Positions 39,315 through 53,005 of a stretch of DNA of 64,000 nucleotides are shown piece after piece. Source of the DNA: Felis catus. Its lineage: Eukaryota. A program made the translations under genes and the position numbers. Position 1 is the first letter of the stretch, and every line of letters starts with the position of its first letter. The stretch is from the NCBI RefSeq assembly GCF_018350175.1, contig NC_058369.1, positions 117,738,001 to 117,802,000 on the forward strand, in the 5' to 3' direction. The notes below the pieces were generated by a model. The model searched no databases. It saw only the letters and a program-made list of their open reading frames with translations, and had not been told where the DNA came from.

Positions 39315-40035
39315 TAACTTGCACACTAATGTTCATAGCAACATTATTCCCAGCAGCCAAAAGGCAGAAACAACTCAAATGTCTGCCAACAGACAGATGG
39401 ATAAGTGAAATGTGGTATATACATACAATGAAATATTATTTGGACAAAAAATGAATGAAATTCGGATACATACGACAACATCAATGAACCTTCAAGACAC
39501 TTTAATTCAGCAGACACAATAGGACAAATATCACATGATTCTACTTTTTTTTTTTTTCAACGTTTATTTATTTTTGGGACAGAGAGAGACAGAGCATGAA
39601 CGGGGGAGGGGCAGAGAGAGAGGGAGACACAGAATCGGAAACAGGCTCCAGGCTCTGAGCCATCAGCCCAGAGCCTGACGTGGGGCTCGAACTCCCGGAC
39701 CGCGAGATCGTGACCTGGCTGAAGTCGGAGGCTTAACCGACTGCACCACCCAGGCGCCCCAACATGATTCTACTTCTAATGAGGTATCACGAATAGGAAA
39801 ATTCATAGAGACAGAAGGGGGAATAGAGGTGATCAGAGGCTGAGGGTAGAGGAAATGGGGATTTTTGTTTGTTTGCTTGTTTGTTTGTTTGTTTGTTTGT
39901 TTAATGGGCAGACTTCCTGTTTGGGATGGTGGAAAAGCCCTGGAAGTAGAGTGTGGTGATGGCTGTACCACAACATGAATGTACTTACTGCCTCTGAATT
40001 CTACACGGAAAATTATTAAAAGGATAAGTTTCATG
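39315..40035 (+). mobile_element. L1MB-like 3' end interrupted by a SINE and a (TTTG)n tract (~39864-39902)
   Basis: atgttcatagcaacattattc...gatggataagtgaaatgtgg...aaattcatagagacagaa...ggtgatggctgtaccacaac. Confidence 0.85.
39547..39760 (-). mobile_element. Young feline SINE
   Basis: TSD acatgattctactt 39533-39546 / 39762-39775. Confidence 0.97.
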
Positions 40036-41104
40036 TTATATATTTTTTATCATAATGAAAACATTAGGGAAAAAACCCTGCAAGACACCTTTTGGGGATA
40101 GAAAGAAACTGAATGCCACTCACACGGTCCTAGATGGCACATTTCCACCCTTCTGCCACACTTTTCTCATCTTTTCAAGCTTTATTAGCAGAATTTCTGC
40201 AAGGTCCCATGTACTACCTTTTCTTTGGCAAATGGGAAGACTAAAGAACAGGAAATTGCCCAAGGTAGCCACCAAGTTGGGCATATGAATGAGGACACCC
40301 TGGTTTCCATTCTGTCTTTTATCCCAATGACCTGTATCTCATCACTTCAAGGTTATGAGACACTTAGCTTATGCTATGAAGAAAGAATATGTGTTCCTAA
40401 TTTAAGTTTTATGTCTCTGATTTCCATAGAGCCAAAGTCCACAGAGTGAGGATTCCCTGCCATGCACACATCACCTGCTCAGTAAGCAATTTTTCATCAC
40501 TAAAAGCAATGGAGTATTCAGCTATCTGATACCACACTAGGAGCTATAGTTAGTGAGTTGAACAGTCCAGTTCTGACTGACGTGGGAATCTGAGAAAGAC
40601 ACCGCTCGTGCAGAAAGAGACATAAAACAATCAGATGGAGACTCTTGGTTTTATTATTTAAAGAAATACAAATGGTAATTCCTTAATAACAGTTTATTCT
40701 GGCGGGGGGGGGGGGTGGAGATGGATGGGGGAGGGGATGGCTCCTAACAAGATCACCGATATCCATAAGGATCAGAAAGCATGAGACCTTAGGGATTATT
40801 TTCCAAATCTGTTTTTTATAGCACTTGATGGCTAAAGAAGTGTTAGCTAATAAAGGGGCATTGGACTTGCTGACATGGGAAGCTTTTAATGTCTGGTTCT
40901 CACTCATTGAAACATGAGTCTCAAAACTCTATATACTCCACTGGCCCAGACTTTCAAAGACATGTCTTTTCGAAGGTTAGTTCTAACACCTCAAGACAGA
41001 GCAGAACAGCTTTTCCCAAAGTATTCCCTGGGGAATTTGAGATGTACCTCAAGGAATGGATTCTGCGGTCAATTAATTTGGGTAAATCTGTTTAATAAAA
41101 TCTC

Positions 41105-41480
41105 CCACGTGAAGATTTACTATGCACTTGAGTATTTTAACATCCCCCTCCCCCGTGAGAGTATAATCCACTCCTCACTTTTGCTACACTGGCATGCGGG
41201 AGGAGTATACCTCCTGGTGTCGCTGCAAGGCTTGGCCATATGACTTGCCTCTGTCAATGGAATATGCACAAAATATTATATACGCCATATCTAAGCAGAA
41301 GCTTCAAATATGCTTGAATAATTTGGGTCAACCTCTTTGTTCCTGCCTCTGCTGCGAGAACAGCGTGACCCAAATGGGCACTGCTCCTTCAATCTAGGTC
41401 CTGGAATGAAAAGAAATGCACAACTCACCAGTGACAAGTCAAGTCGGAGCTGAGCTACAGATCTAGAGGCCAGAAGTAAT
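41105..41480 (+). mobile_element. MLT1 (I/J-like) LTR
   Basis: ggcttggccatatgacttgc...caatggaat...gcagaagctt...tgctccttcaatctaggtcctggaatga. Confidence 0.65.
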
Positions 41481-41686
41481 GTTGGGAGAAAATTTCAGGT
41501 CTGAAGACAAAAGAGAAAACCTCAGAAAGAGCAAATCCAACACTAACTGCCAAAATATTCAGCAGTGGTCAGGGGCTTGGTAGCCCAGGGAATCCGTCAC
41601 TGGGAAGGGACTTGAAAGTGAGTGAGACAGCAGTGGCAGCCTTGAAGAATCACGACCTGGGAGGAGAGTCAGAAATACTGATAAGA

Positions 41687-41919
41687 GGGGCGCCTGGGTG
41701 GCTCAGTGGGTTAAGCAACTGACTTCAGCTCAGGTGGTGATCTCACAGTTCGTGGGTTCGAGCCCCGCATCGGGCTCTGTGCTGACAGCTCAGAGCCTGG
41801 AGCCTGCTTCGGATTCTGTGTCTCCCTCTCTCTCTGTTCTTCCCCTGCTCGTTCTCTGTCTCTCTCTGTCTCCCAAAATTAAATAAATGTTAAAAAAATG
41901 TTTAAATAAATAAGTAAAT
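41687..41919 (+). mobile_element. Feline SINE
   Basis: TSD agaaatactgataaga 41671-41686 / agaaatactgacaaga 41920-41935. Confidence 0.95.
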
Positions 41920-42489
41920 AGAAATACTGACAAGAAGTGGTGTCACTTGGATATGCAGCAATGAAGGCCAAGAAGGAAGGAAGAAACTAAAACTAAGAGA
42001 CCCGCAGAAACAAATACAAAAATAAGACATTGTGGCTACTCCCAGTCCACCCCACCTCCATCATCATCAACATTCTCTAATAAAGATACTGAACTTTACT
42101 ATAGTGATAGAAAATGGTGCTTTTGATTTAGAAAACTCACCCACAAGATGCCTAGGAATAGAAAACAATCTAACCAACTGTATATAATACTACTGTCAGA
42201 AGAAAATAACAGTGTAAAAGGTTTTTCAGCTAATGAAAACTATCCCCCAGAATCCAACCATGAAGCAGAAGATGGCTGTAACACAATACTACAAATTGAA
42301 TTGAGTATTTTCAAATAAACATATAACTACATATGTCCAAAAACTAAGACTAAAAATGGACCAGAAACTGGAAGACATATAATGAGAGTTCATTTTACCA
42401 AAGAAAGAAATGAAAAGGCAAAACTGTTCCAGAAACTACAAGATGCCCAAGGGAGAACAGATTCGAATGGAAATTAAATGCATTACAGA

Positions 42490-43010
42490 ACTGAGCAAAT
42501 GAGTAAATGGGTTGTTACTGTTGAGAGCCAGGGTTCTACGTGTAAAGAAAGAAATACGAGAATGCAGAAAGCAAGGAAGAGCCTAGGGCTTTGGATTGGA
42601 ATTGGAAGTAATATTATCAACTCACAATATCACTAATAATTTTTAAAAATTCTTTAAATTCTAAAAGGAGTTACACTCCGGGTAACTGTGAGCACACCTA
42701 GCACCCAGGTCTTGGTTTCTAAATATCATCCCCAACTAAAAGGAACCAGGGCTCTTTGCAGAAGTGGCTGACTCCAGGGCTGGGGAAGGGAAGGTAAAGA
42801 AGAATCTGGAATGTTGTGTTGTGCAGAAAGGAAGGAAGTATTCACCAAAAATGATAGAGATATGTCAAAAGAACAAAGAAGCCAACTTGAAAGGGTTCCC
42901 ACTGGCCAAATCTGGGCATCTGAGCATCAAAACAAATGGATTGTAAGCCATTTAATAAAATAAGAATCTGTGTGCAATGGATTAAAAAAAAAAGGGAGAA
43001 AAGGAGAAGT
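42490..43010 (+). mobile_element. L1MC-like 3' UTR remnant
   Basis: cacctagcacccaggtcttggtttctaaata...aaaaggaaccagggctc...cccactggccaaatctggg. Confidence 0.7.
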
Positions 43011-43187
43011 AGAATGCCGACGAATAAATGTGAAAGGGGCAGGGTGCACACTGGCTTTAGGCCTCCATTCACACCCTTTGCCCAAGAACCCTTGTCCAAG
43101 TCACAATCTGCACACTCATGAGCAGTGGCCCCAGGGAGCAGAAAGAAGCACCTTTTTGACAGGGAGTGTCTAAAAGACAGACTTCTC

Positions 43188-43370
43188 GGGGTGCCTGGGT
43201 GGCTCAGTTGGTTAAGTGTCTGACATCAGCTCAGGTCATGATCTAGCTGTTCCCGAATTTGAGCCCCACGTCTGGCTCTGTGCTGACAGCTCAGAGCCTG
43301 GAGCCTGTTTCAGATTGTGTGTCTCCCTCTCTCTCTCAAAAATAAATAAACATTTTAAAAAAATTTTTTT
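43188..43370 (+). mobile_element. Feline SINE (short CT tract)
   Basis: TSD aagacagacttctc 43174-43187 / 43371-43384. Confidence 0.95.
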
Positions 43371-44510
43371 AAGACAGACTTCTCCAGAGAAGTCATTATA
43401 GTCAGAGGAGCCAAGAAAAATAGATGAACATAAGAAAGAGGGCAGGGGAGAGAAGTGAAGTAACCCGAGGAACAAAACGTGAGGTGATGCTAAGACCCAG
43501 CGATGGGAACATCGAATCTCAGAACTCCTAACAACAGAGAGCCGATAACAACAACAACAAAAAGCAAACAAACAAACAAACAAACACTGCTCTCCAGTTC
43601 AGAAGCCCTTGAAACCACAGAGCTAGAATGAGAATTACGTAGCATAAGACACCCAGCCTCCCCTCTTGAATTCTCAAACACATCAATCATGCATTATGGA
43701 GCTCTTTGCTACTGCTCCTAGGTGCATCCTCACAATCTTTCTCAACACATCGACCCACTGGCTTTCATTCAAGGCAAAAGCCACCTTCTCTATGTGTGTG
43801 AGAGTTCACGAGGCTGGAGGCAGAAAGTGGAAGAAAACAGGAAGGGGACCCTCTAGCGCTGGGTCTCAGTTCAGTTCCCATGTGGGTGACAGACCGAAAT
43901 CGGGAACTTTCATACTAAGAGTATATGGTACATTTTGGAGAGTTTTCAACTCAAACAACTACTAAATTTTTCACAATCGTAGCAATCTGGTGCCTTAAAG
44001 TTAATTCCTTCTCAACTGTAAAGAAGAATCCTTTCTCTAAGCAGTCCAGAAATTTGAATTTAACTGTGGAATGCCGAAATAAGCATGCTTAACTTCTGCT
44101 AAATCTACATGTGGCACTGGAAATTTTTATAGTCATCCAAACCAAACGCCAGGCAAAGGCTTGTGTTGAGCATTTATACCTCAGCCATTTAAGAAATCAG
44201 CCATTGAGACCTTGAAGGCTCCACGGGCCATCGGGCCATCCGATTCTACCAGTCTTCCCACGTTCCCTACATCATGGGAGGCTAGCCCTGTTAGCTACAG
44301 GCACTGGTGTCTTAGGGAAACGGAGCCAGGATAATGCAAAAGAGTTTGAAAGCTTCGTAATAAGGCTAGACTGTAGCCTCGGTGTCTCAGATCCAGCTCT
44401 CAAGGCTTCCAAGCACAATTAATTGTGAGGCTTCTCTAAGATTACAGAACCTCCTACTGAAAGCTTAATTTGGTGACTTCATGTGAAAACTGTCATCCGG
44501 TCTTATCCAT

Positions 44511-44724
44511 TAGAGCACACTTCTTCTGTAAAAGGCTGAATAGGAAAGACTTTCAGCTTTGTGGGTCATAGGGTCTCAGTCCCAGCCATTGAGCTCTGCT
44601 CCTACAAAGCCAAAGAGCCATGAACAGTACCTAAACAAACGGGTGTGGCTGTGTTCCAGTAAGACTTTATTTACAGCAGGCATTGGGCTGGATTTGGCCC
44701 AAGGCCACAGTTTGCTGAGCCCTG
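44511..44724 (-). mobile_element. MER58A-like DNA transposon
   Basis: gtggctgtgttccagtaagactttatttaca...ggctggatttggccc...cagtttgctgagccctg. Confidence 0.8.
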
Positions 44725-46269
44725 GTGGCAGGTTGCTAAGCGTGAGCCCAGATGAACTGCAAAGCAGTTTTTAGGATCCAAGCTTCCAACTTCTACCCCC
44801 GCCCCCAGCGTGAGACTTTTCCTTCTGGTGGTTCCTAACACACCTTTTTTTTTTCACGTGCAAGAGGATGTTCATGCACTACTGGATACACACGGCCTCC
44901 TGATATCTTGTTTCTGAAAGGTTATGGGGCTACCTAAGAGTTCGCTTACCAGCAACCTCTCAGCTCAAGCAGAACCCAGAGGCTCCACTGGAAAGGCTCC
45001 CAATACACAATTAAATGTCATCACTACAGAAGCATTATTGCACCCTGAATTTGATTGGCTGCTCAGGTTCATATTTGCCTTTTCATTTTTCATCCTGCGT
45101 TATGAAAGATTGGGGCCTTTAGCATGGGCCATATTTAAATTGTCAAGAGATGTCAACAAGTTTTGAGGGACAGCCTCACACTGGCAGCAATTATGAGAGG
45201 GCAATGATCAATGGGGGTCTTTTGTTAGCATTGCGAGATCACCATTGACTCAGGAAGTAAGTGTCCCGGTGGTTTAGGCGAAAGCTGAAATGGACAAGTA
45301 GTTTCCCTCTGGCTGCTCGCGAGCCACAAACCTACACTTTCTCCATTAATTATTCCTGCCCAAAAGACAGGGGCTGTTACCATCCACCGTCTGCAGTCTC
45401 CTGAGAAGAGGGGGTGGCCAGGCTCACAGAGGTTCTATTTACAGGGCCAGGAAATGCATCCTTCTTGCTTTCCAGGAAAGGGTGATTGCCTTATTCCACT
45501 GTGATTTCTTCTATAAACAGACAAAGGCCATGTGATAGCCATTTGGAAATTGAGGACTTTGAAACTTTGGTCATGTTTTTCGACTCGAGATTATATTTAT
45601 CTGGCACCATGACCTGATGAATTATTCCAGTGCGGAAGAGATGCTGTTTATAATCCATAATGCCCGTGGCGACTTGTTCTTTCTCTTTGCATTTTTTATT
45701 TTTACACTTCCTTGCCTTAAAGTCACATGACTGGTACAAAGAATATAAAGTTGGGGGTTCAAAGAAAGGCCCATGCTGACCATCGCTAACCCTAATTTCC
45801 AGAAAGAACGTAAGTACCTAGAATTATCCTCTAAAGGAACATAAAGCCAAAATCCCATTCCCACTTTATGTCACCTCTTCTGGATCTGCCCACAGTATTC
45901 CCTGGTTAAACGCTGCCTCTTCCAAAAAGCCTTGCCCCACCTAAAAGCTAGAAACAATCTCTTTTGATGCTGACCTTCCATAGGAATTCTGCACCCATCG
46001 CGCCTCCATCTGCACATGCCTCATTCTCCCCACCTTGTCTACATCGGAAAGCAGGATCCGGGTCCCATCCATCTTTATAGCCTGCACAGCACCCAGAGTA
46101 GGGCCCCAAACGAAGTAGGGGCTGGAGAAGTGTGTCACGAATGAACAAAGCGGCTCCGACCTCTAGACTCTGGGACTCAGGCACCAGAGCATAAGCACAA
46201 ATAGTTGGCATTCTAAGTCATGATGTTATTGCATGGGACTTCCCTTCCGATTAAGATTAGAAGAGCACA

Positions 46270-46511
46270 GGGGCGTCTGGGTGGCTCAGTCGCTTAAGCA
46301 TCTGACTTTGGCTCTGATTACCACCTCTTCAATTTGAGCCCCGCATCAGGCTCTCCACTGTCAGCACAGAGCCCGCTTCGGATTCTCTGGATTCTCTGTC
46401 TCCCTCTCTCTCTCTCTCTCTGCCCCTCCCCTGCTCATGCATGCACCCTCTTTCTCTCTCTCTCTCTCTCTCTCTGAAAAATAAATAAACATTAAAAAAG
46501 AATTTTAACAA
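46270..46511 (+). mobile_element. Carnivore SINE
   Basis: Perfect 17-bp TSD aagattagaagagcaca 46253-46269 / 46512-46528. Confidence 0.95.
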
Positions 46512-48119
46512 AAGATTAGAAGAGCACAAAAGACTTCACTTCCTTGATGATAACAAACATTCGGACAAAATCAACATCAGACTTTTCCATGGGGCTAATG
46601 AAGAGCTGTGGAAACACGGAAGGCTTAATGGACTGAACTCAGAAAGAAACGGGGTTATTGCAAACAGGAAAACACCATTTGCAAAATGATCCCGAATTAG
46701 CATCTTGCTTGCACACAATAGGATGCCGCATCCGAACAACGCTGGGCTCTAAAGTCAGCTAGAGGATTTGAGGAAGACAAAGTGAGTCGGCTAACCAGAG
46801 ATCCCTCTGGTCTCTTCCTTGGGAACTCCAGCAGAGACCCCTCCACACACTGGGTCAATTTCTCACCCCCTAGAACATCCTTCTCAGAGGAGAATTCCCG
46901 CCAAATTCCATAGGATGGGAAGCTGGCGGGCTGCCTCGAGATGAGAACTGATAATGATGAATGAGGCCAGTTTCCAGAGAGGCTTTCATTGAGGAAGTTT
47001 GCTTCTGAGCACTGACACTTTCTCCCCGGATCACTGAGTTGGGCTATTCCACTGGGGCCCCAAGAAATGGAAAGAACATCCAGCCAGGGGAATGTTTCCC
47101 ATTTAGAAATTGGCTTTGTGGAGAGGTAATTATGTCCTAAGGTAAATTTTAAATATAAGAAAGGACAGCCATTTCCATTCACGAAATTACGCCATTTAAC
47201 TTTATAACCATATCTTTCCTCAAGCAGTTAAGTTAATTTTTAGATGAAGGGCTTGACTGTCTATTTTTACTACGTGTAATTTATTCTGTAACTTTCACAG
47301 CTACTGGTCTTCATTTCTACGTGAAAAATCATGGAGATTATCAGGAGTGTAGTTTCAACCATTCAGCCATAGCTAAGGGTCCGCAGATTTATGACAGGAG
47401 AGAGACACTTCCTACCCAACAGAGTTTGTGGTAACTAGATTCCTGGGGCCACTGGATTGAAGGAAGTCCCCTTTGTGATGTTTTACTTGGCACATGGGTT
47501 TGGCATAACCTGAATCGAAAGTAACTATTTCTGACTCTGGACATACATAATAAATGTGCCCTCCTCTGGCTCAGTTTGCAAACCTGTAAAGTGGAAATAG
47601 CCCCATTTACTTATGTCACAAGAAAAGCTGCAGCTTACACTTGAAACTTTTATTTTGTAATTATGAACTTAAATGCTAGAAAGGTATCACTGTAGTTATA
47701 ATAACCAAGACACCAAAAGAATGCAAGGGAAGAGAGGATTTCTGTGTGTACAAAACGGATGACTATGCCCTGTGGACTTCATTCAAGGGGGGAAAAAAGA
47801 GTGGGAAGAGTAAAGGGGGAAAAAAACCCTTTTTTAACTAATGGAAGGTGGAAGAAAAACAGGAGTGACATAAAAACTTCACCCCGTCTTCCCGCTTCCC
47901 AGGGACCATAGGAATTGCCCCAGATCGGTCAACCTCACAAATCACACGCCTTCATCTCCCATTTCTGACAAAGCGACTCAGACTCTGTAAAAGATTTTTT
48001 CTCCAGCAGCCAGATCAAAGACAGTGGTTCTTGCCCTGTTTGGTCCAAAGTCCCCTCTGAAAAGCTGGTAAAAACCTATACGTTTTATATCCATTTAAAA
48101 TCCACATAGGCACATCACG

Positions 48120-48271
48120 ATAACAACAATAGTTATAATAGCATCTAATGTTTAGAGAACACTTTGGGGCCAGGCATTGGGTTAAGTGCTCTGCATACAT
48201 TTTCTCATGTAATCCTCATGCTAACCCGGTGAGGCAGGTATTATTTTCCCCCATCTTACAAACGACTGAAA
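48120..48271 (-). mobile_element. MIR, resuming at ~48863-48900 after the LTR
   Basis: gccaggcattgggttaagtgctc...taatcctca...gaggcaggtattatt...catcttaca, then gagcttagagagg...taactt. Confidence 0.8.
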
Positions 48272-48862
48272 TGTAATAGGTCAACTTATAAGATATCAGA
48301 AAGCTTATTGTATATAAGCTGGGCTTAAACTCACCTTTCATGAAGAATTGAGATAAAAGCTTATGCAGTTCCCTATTAGGGTTATTGGAAATTACTAACC
48401 GCCCTATCTCGCTTCTGTGACCTCGTCTGCTTGCTAAATAGATAACTTAGGTTGCAAAACGCTCCCCCACCCCCTCTACCAAGATCTGGCCTAGGCAAGA
48501 CCAACATGTAAAAAGTCACGAACTCACTGCCCCATGGTATCTCAAGTGTCTGACTATGATTGGTCATTTTAAACCCTCTTAGGACAAAGAACTTTAAATT
48601 GATAGGTTCCCGCCAAAACTAACGTCTGTATGTCACAATATAATTGGCTACCATGAAATGCTGTAAATTGTAATTGGTTAACTAAATAATGACGTATTCT
48701 GACTTGCTAAAATTCATATAAACTCACTGCTACCTTTGTTTGGGGCCATTCTCTGTACTTTTCTCCTTAAGATCAGGAGATCAGGTTTGGCCCGGCTGTG
48801 AATAAAATCTTGCCTCGCTTCTGTTCGGCGTCTGGTGGGTTTTTCGACAGCACCCTGTTTCA
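48272..48862 (+). mobile_element. Solo endogenous-retrovirus LTR (class I/gamma-like), 591 bp
   Basis: TG...CA ends with imperfect inverted termini (tgtaatagg / cctgtttca). ATTGG boxes at 48559, 48643, 48673; TATAAA 48717; AATAAA 48801. Flanks tgaaa/taaaa. Splits a MIR. Confidence 0.8.
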
Positions 48863-51800
48863 TAAAAGAGCTTAGAGAGGCTGCATAACTTAGTGTCCCA
48901 TGCAAACACTGACTTATGATTATAAGGATTCCCAGACCTTGCTGAGGCCCACCGATGGACCACTGAGCATGTACCCCAGGTTAGGAAACTGCCCTTCACA
49001 GACAGAACAGGTGCACACAAGGACTCTTCAACATGTGACAGAGGATGTCATAAATCCAAAGCTCATCCTAAAACATCAAAAATGACATAGATGTGTGTAT
49101 ATATACAAGCACACATATATATGCATCTCTACGTATGTACATGTGGATCACCACATCTAAGAATCAACCACTTTTATTTTTGATGTAGTTTTCGAGAGTT
49201 GATTAGGACCGATGAACTGTTTCATTACTATCCAGTTCTGTTACCTGATAAGACACTAGTATCCAGTGTTTACAACATCCACACTGCTCCCCCCCACCCC
49301 GACACACACACACTCATCAAACGCAAACTGCATTCCAGCAGCCATGAGCTTCCGCATTGACCCTGGGGAGGTGTCAGATAAAGTGCTACCAAACAACAGA
49401 CAGATTCACAGCTCCTCAGCCGACATTGATAATGAATAAAGTATTACCCTGGGCCTTGAAACCCCTCTCAGACCCATTACTGATGACCCTTCCTGTCACT
49501 GGGCTGCTCTTGGAGCTGGTGTTTAATCACAGGCCTGCAATGACATCAGAAGTCTGGTGCTGGCCTTTTCAGCGGGTTCTGGGGGAGGGGTGGTTGATGT
49601 TCAGTGCCACCGAGGAATCCCATGAGCAGTTTCCAAGAGTCCCTACAGTCTGCATCCTTTAGCCATCAACATCCAGGGGAGCAGATACAGATCTGAGAGA
49701 CTCCCCCTCCAGCCCTAAGCCACATGGCCACAAAGGCTTCCTGGAGACTCCTTATCATCTCATCAGTCTTCCAAAGGAAGGTTCAACTTGAGGTACCCAG
49801 TGTTACCTTCCAGGGCATCTGCTCAGTGGTAAGCAGCTTCAGGGTGCTAACTCCCGGGGTGTACTTTTCCCTCTTCCTTCCCGACAAGAGACTTTGAACT
49901 CCAAGTGATAAGCCGAGACTCCTTTCTGATTATCAGGAGTCGTCAGAAGAAGTTATCCAGCCCTCTGATTGTGGGAATCGGTCAGTCCCAAAAAGATGAG
50001 TTTTCCAGCTAACACAGAGCCGAGATCTGTGTCATACAGGTGTGCTGATGCCCTCCCAAATTTGGTGACCTAACACCCAGCCAAGACAAAAAAAGGGAAG
50101 GTAAGAAACTCAACTGGAAAATATCAAAGAGACACAGCATCACAGGGTTTCTTTAAACTACAGTGAATGAAAGGTATTTTGATGTCAGCCATTCCATCCG
50201 GCATGAAAAACAAAATATCTACACAAAGCCAAGATACTTTTCCAAACACCATCCTGGATTTGTTTACCACTCTCCAATTTGCCAAGCAAATCGGTCGTTG
50301 ATTTGTTTATTTGTTACTGAACTAGACACATATGGCTGCTGGAAGCAATGAGACAGTGGTGGGGTGAAAAGAGAATTCAAAACTAAATCGATCTAAAGAG
50401 TAAAACATACTGCAAAAAAGCTCGGGACCCAGGCACANNNNNNNNNNNNNNNNNNNNNNNNNNNNNNNNNNNNNNNNNNNNNNNNNNNNNNNNNNNNNNN
50501 NNNNNNNNNNNNNNNNNNNNNNNNNNNNNNNNNNNNNNNNNNNNNNNNNNNNNNNNNNNNNNNNNNNNNAAGTCTGACATAAAATCTGTGGCCTTTGGTA
50601 CAGCTGAAAAACACTCTGTCAACACCATGGAGAGAGCAAGCCCGTGGCGCTGGCCTCGACCCAAGGCGTGCCGGGGAATGGACAAGAACTTGACACGGGG
50701 CCAAAAATTACAAGATGAGGGAAAGTCAAACTTGAGGCGAACAAACCTTTTCCATCGAGTCTGTTNNNNNNNNNNNNNNNNNNNNNNNNNNNNNNNNNNN
50801 NNNNNNNNNNNNNNNNNNNNNNNNNNNNNNNNNNNNNNNNNNNNNNNNNNNNNNNNNNNNNNNNNNNNNNNNNNNNNNNNNNNNNNNNNNNNNNNNNNNN
50901 NNNNNNNNNNNNNNNNNNNNNNNNNNNNNNNNNNNNNGCCCACTTTAGAAACAAAATACCCTTCAAACTCCCTGCCCTGAATTGCTTCGGCCAAAGAGAG
51001 TTCCAGAGGAAGGGGGAAAAAAAGTGTAAATTCTCCTGTATTGAGAAAGAGAAGAGCCACGGGTTTTAAGTAAACTTGTATTAATATTTGCCAGCTTAAT
51101 AAAATCCCCCCAGCACTTGTGTGCTTTCAAATTCTTCAACAAGTCAGGAAAAACGTTCTTTTGTGACAGAAGGTGCCAGGCCAAAGAGAAGGTTGTCAGA
51201 GGGTCTCCACCCCCTCCAGTCCAACTGCCCTTTGAAGTTTGGGGAGCCATGATTAGGAAGAGAATAGACGTGCTACAGAAATACCGTGCTGAGGTTTTCC
51301 TTCAGGGCAGGCCTCTGGATTCCCAGATGAGAGGTCCAGAACATCAGGACACCACTCTGAATCAGGGTTGTGTCAGGAAAAGCAAACCACGGTTGAGGAC
51401 AGCCCACAGACCTTTGCATACATAGAGGAAAAAATAATAATGGCAGCTCATAATGGTGCAGCTTCCAATGGACTTTATTATTACCTGGTGATCATCAGTC
51501 AACTACAGGTCACCCTTGGCTAAACTTCCAGAAATGGAGTAACCTCAAAGCTGTCGTTGTCAAATATCATGTGTTCTTTCCAGAGTCCCTCTACCCCTGC
51601 CTCCTCCAGTCATATCTGTCCCCAATCTCCGCCACCCTCTGTTGCTTATGTTGGCTGGCCTGCCTGAAATGGAAGAGTTTGAATCCTTCATGCTATGTGC
51701 ATAGCCAACATTCCACAAGATTTATGTCACAAGAGCCCACGAAAAGGACAAATGGTGGGAAAGAGGGCCAAAGGGGGAAGAAAAATAAATCCAGCTATGA

Positions 51801-52064
51801 TTCAGCCAAAGGTGGCACAGTACCTGTACCCAAGGGGTCCTGTGATATCGTAGGGGACACAGGTTCAACAAGACACAAGAAAAATGCTGTATGAGTATCT
51901 TTATCACATCCTTATTTTCAAATTCACATCTCTTCTGAAAAGTTTACTTTTTACCCTTACCTCATAACCTAAATGTGTCAAATTTGGGTGGGTGACCGGG
52001 CACAAGGAGGGACGACTCTTTTCTCAGATATTTACATCTCTTCTTTAAAAAATAAGCGTGGGCT

Positions 52065-52295
52065 GGGGCGCCTGGGTGGCGCAGTCGGTTAAGCGTCCGA
52101 CTTCAGCCAGGTCACGATCTCGCGGTCCGTGAGTTCGAGCCCCGCGTCGGGCTCTGGGCTGATGGCTCAGAGCCTGGAGCCTGTTTCCGATTCTGTGTCT
52201 CCCTCTCTCTCTGCCCCTCTCCCGTTCATGCTCTGTCTCTCTCTGTCCCAAAAATAAATAAACGTTGAAAAAAAAAATTTTTTTTTAAATAAAAA
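52065..52295 (+). mobile_element. Young feline SINE
   Basis: TSD aaaaataagcgtggg / aaaaataagcatggg. Confidence 0.97.
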
Positions 52296-52529
52296 AAAAA
52301 TAAGCATGGGTATAGGAAGCATTCTGCTTGTCTGGGGTGATACAGTAATGGAAGGCAGGCCCCCCCATATGGGGAATGAGGACGTCACATTGTAGGGCAA
52401 CTGTTCCATAGAGTAGTCTGTTTGTCCTCGTCACCGTTTCATGAGCACACTTTATCTACCAAAAGTCACCAGCTCTAGCCCACCCACCCCAAAGCTAAAA
52501 ACTATTCTTATGAAGAACTTTTAACAACA

Positions 52530-52755
52530 TACGGAGATGCCTCTGGTGTAACAATAAATGAATAAAAGCAAGACAGATAAGCACATTTTCAGTATAATCA
52601 CAACTGGATATCAATATCCCAGAACTTTGAATGGTGGTTATCTCTAGCTGGTGAGATTACAGATGATTCTTATCATTTTTCTATACTTTATATTGTCTAG
52701 GTATTCTATGACAGGTAGGGATTTATTTTAGACTTAAAAATAAACATTTTAAAAT
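52530..52755 (+). mobile_element. Ancient L1ME-like 3' end
   Basis: taaatgaataaaagcaag...gtggttatctct...gagattacagatgatt. Confidence 0.55.
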
Positions 52756-53005
52756 AGAATGAAATCCCTAAAAGGTATCACCCACTTTTTTCCAAACAGG
52801 AAATGTTCCTCAATTCACAGGTTGGGGCCTAGGACTCTCCTTTTCAAAGCTAAAAGGACACTGTGAAAAGTTTCAGAACCTATTTTCTTCAGTTTTTTCT
52901 TTGATGCTTACAAGCTCTGTTGACTCTTCACAGAACTATGGGAGGAAACCCACTCTTGACTTTGTACATACATCCAGACTTTCTAGAGCTAGAACTCTCT
53001 AGAAC

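Noticed and set aside
41500-42470. Possible HAL1/L1 ORF1-like remnant
   Set aside because: A-rich and suggestive but too decayed to support without an HMM search.
50383-51060. 225-aa and overlapping ORFs
   Set aside because: Artefacts of reading through N-runs.
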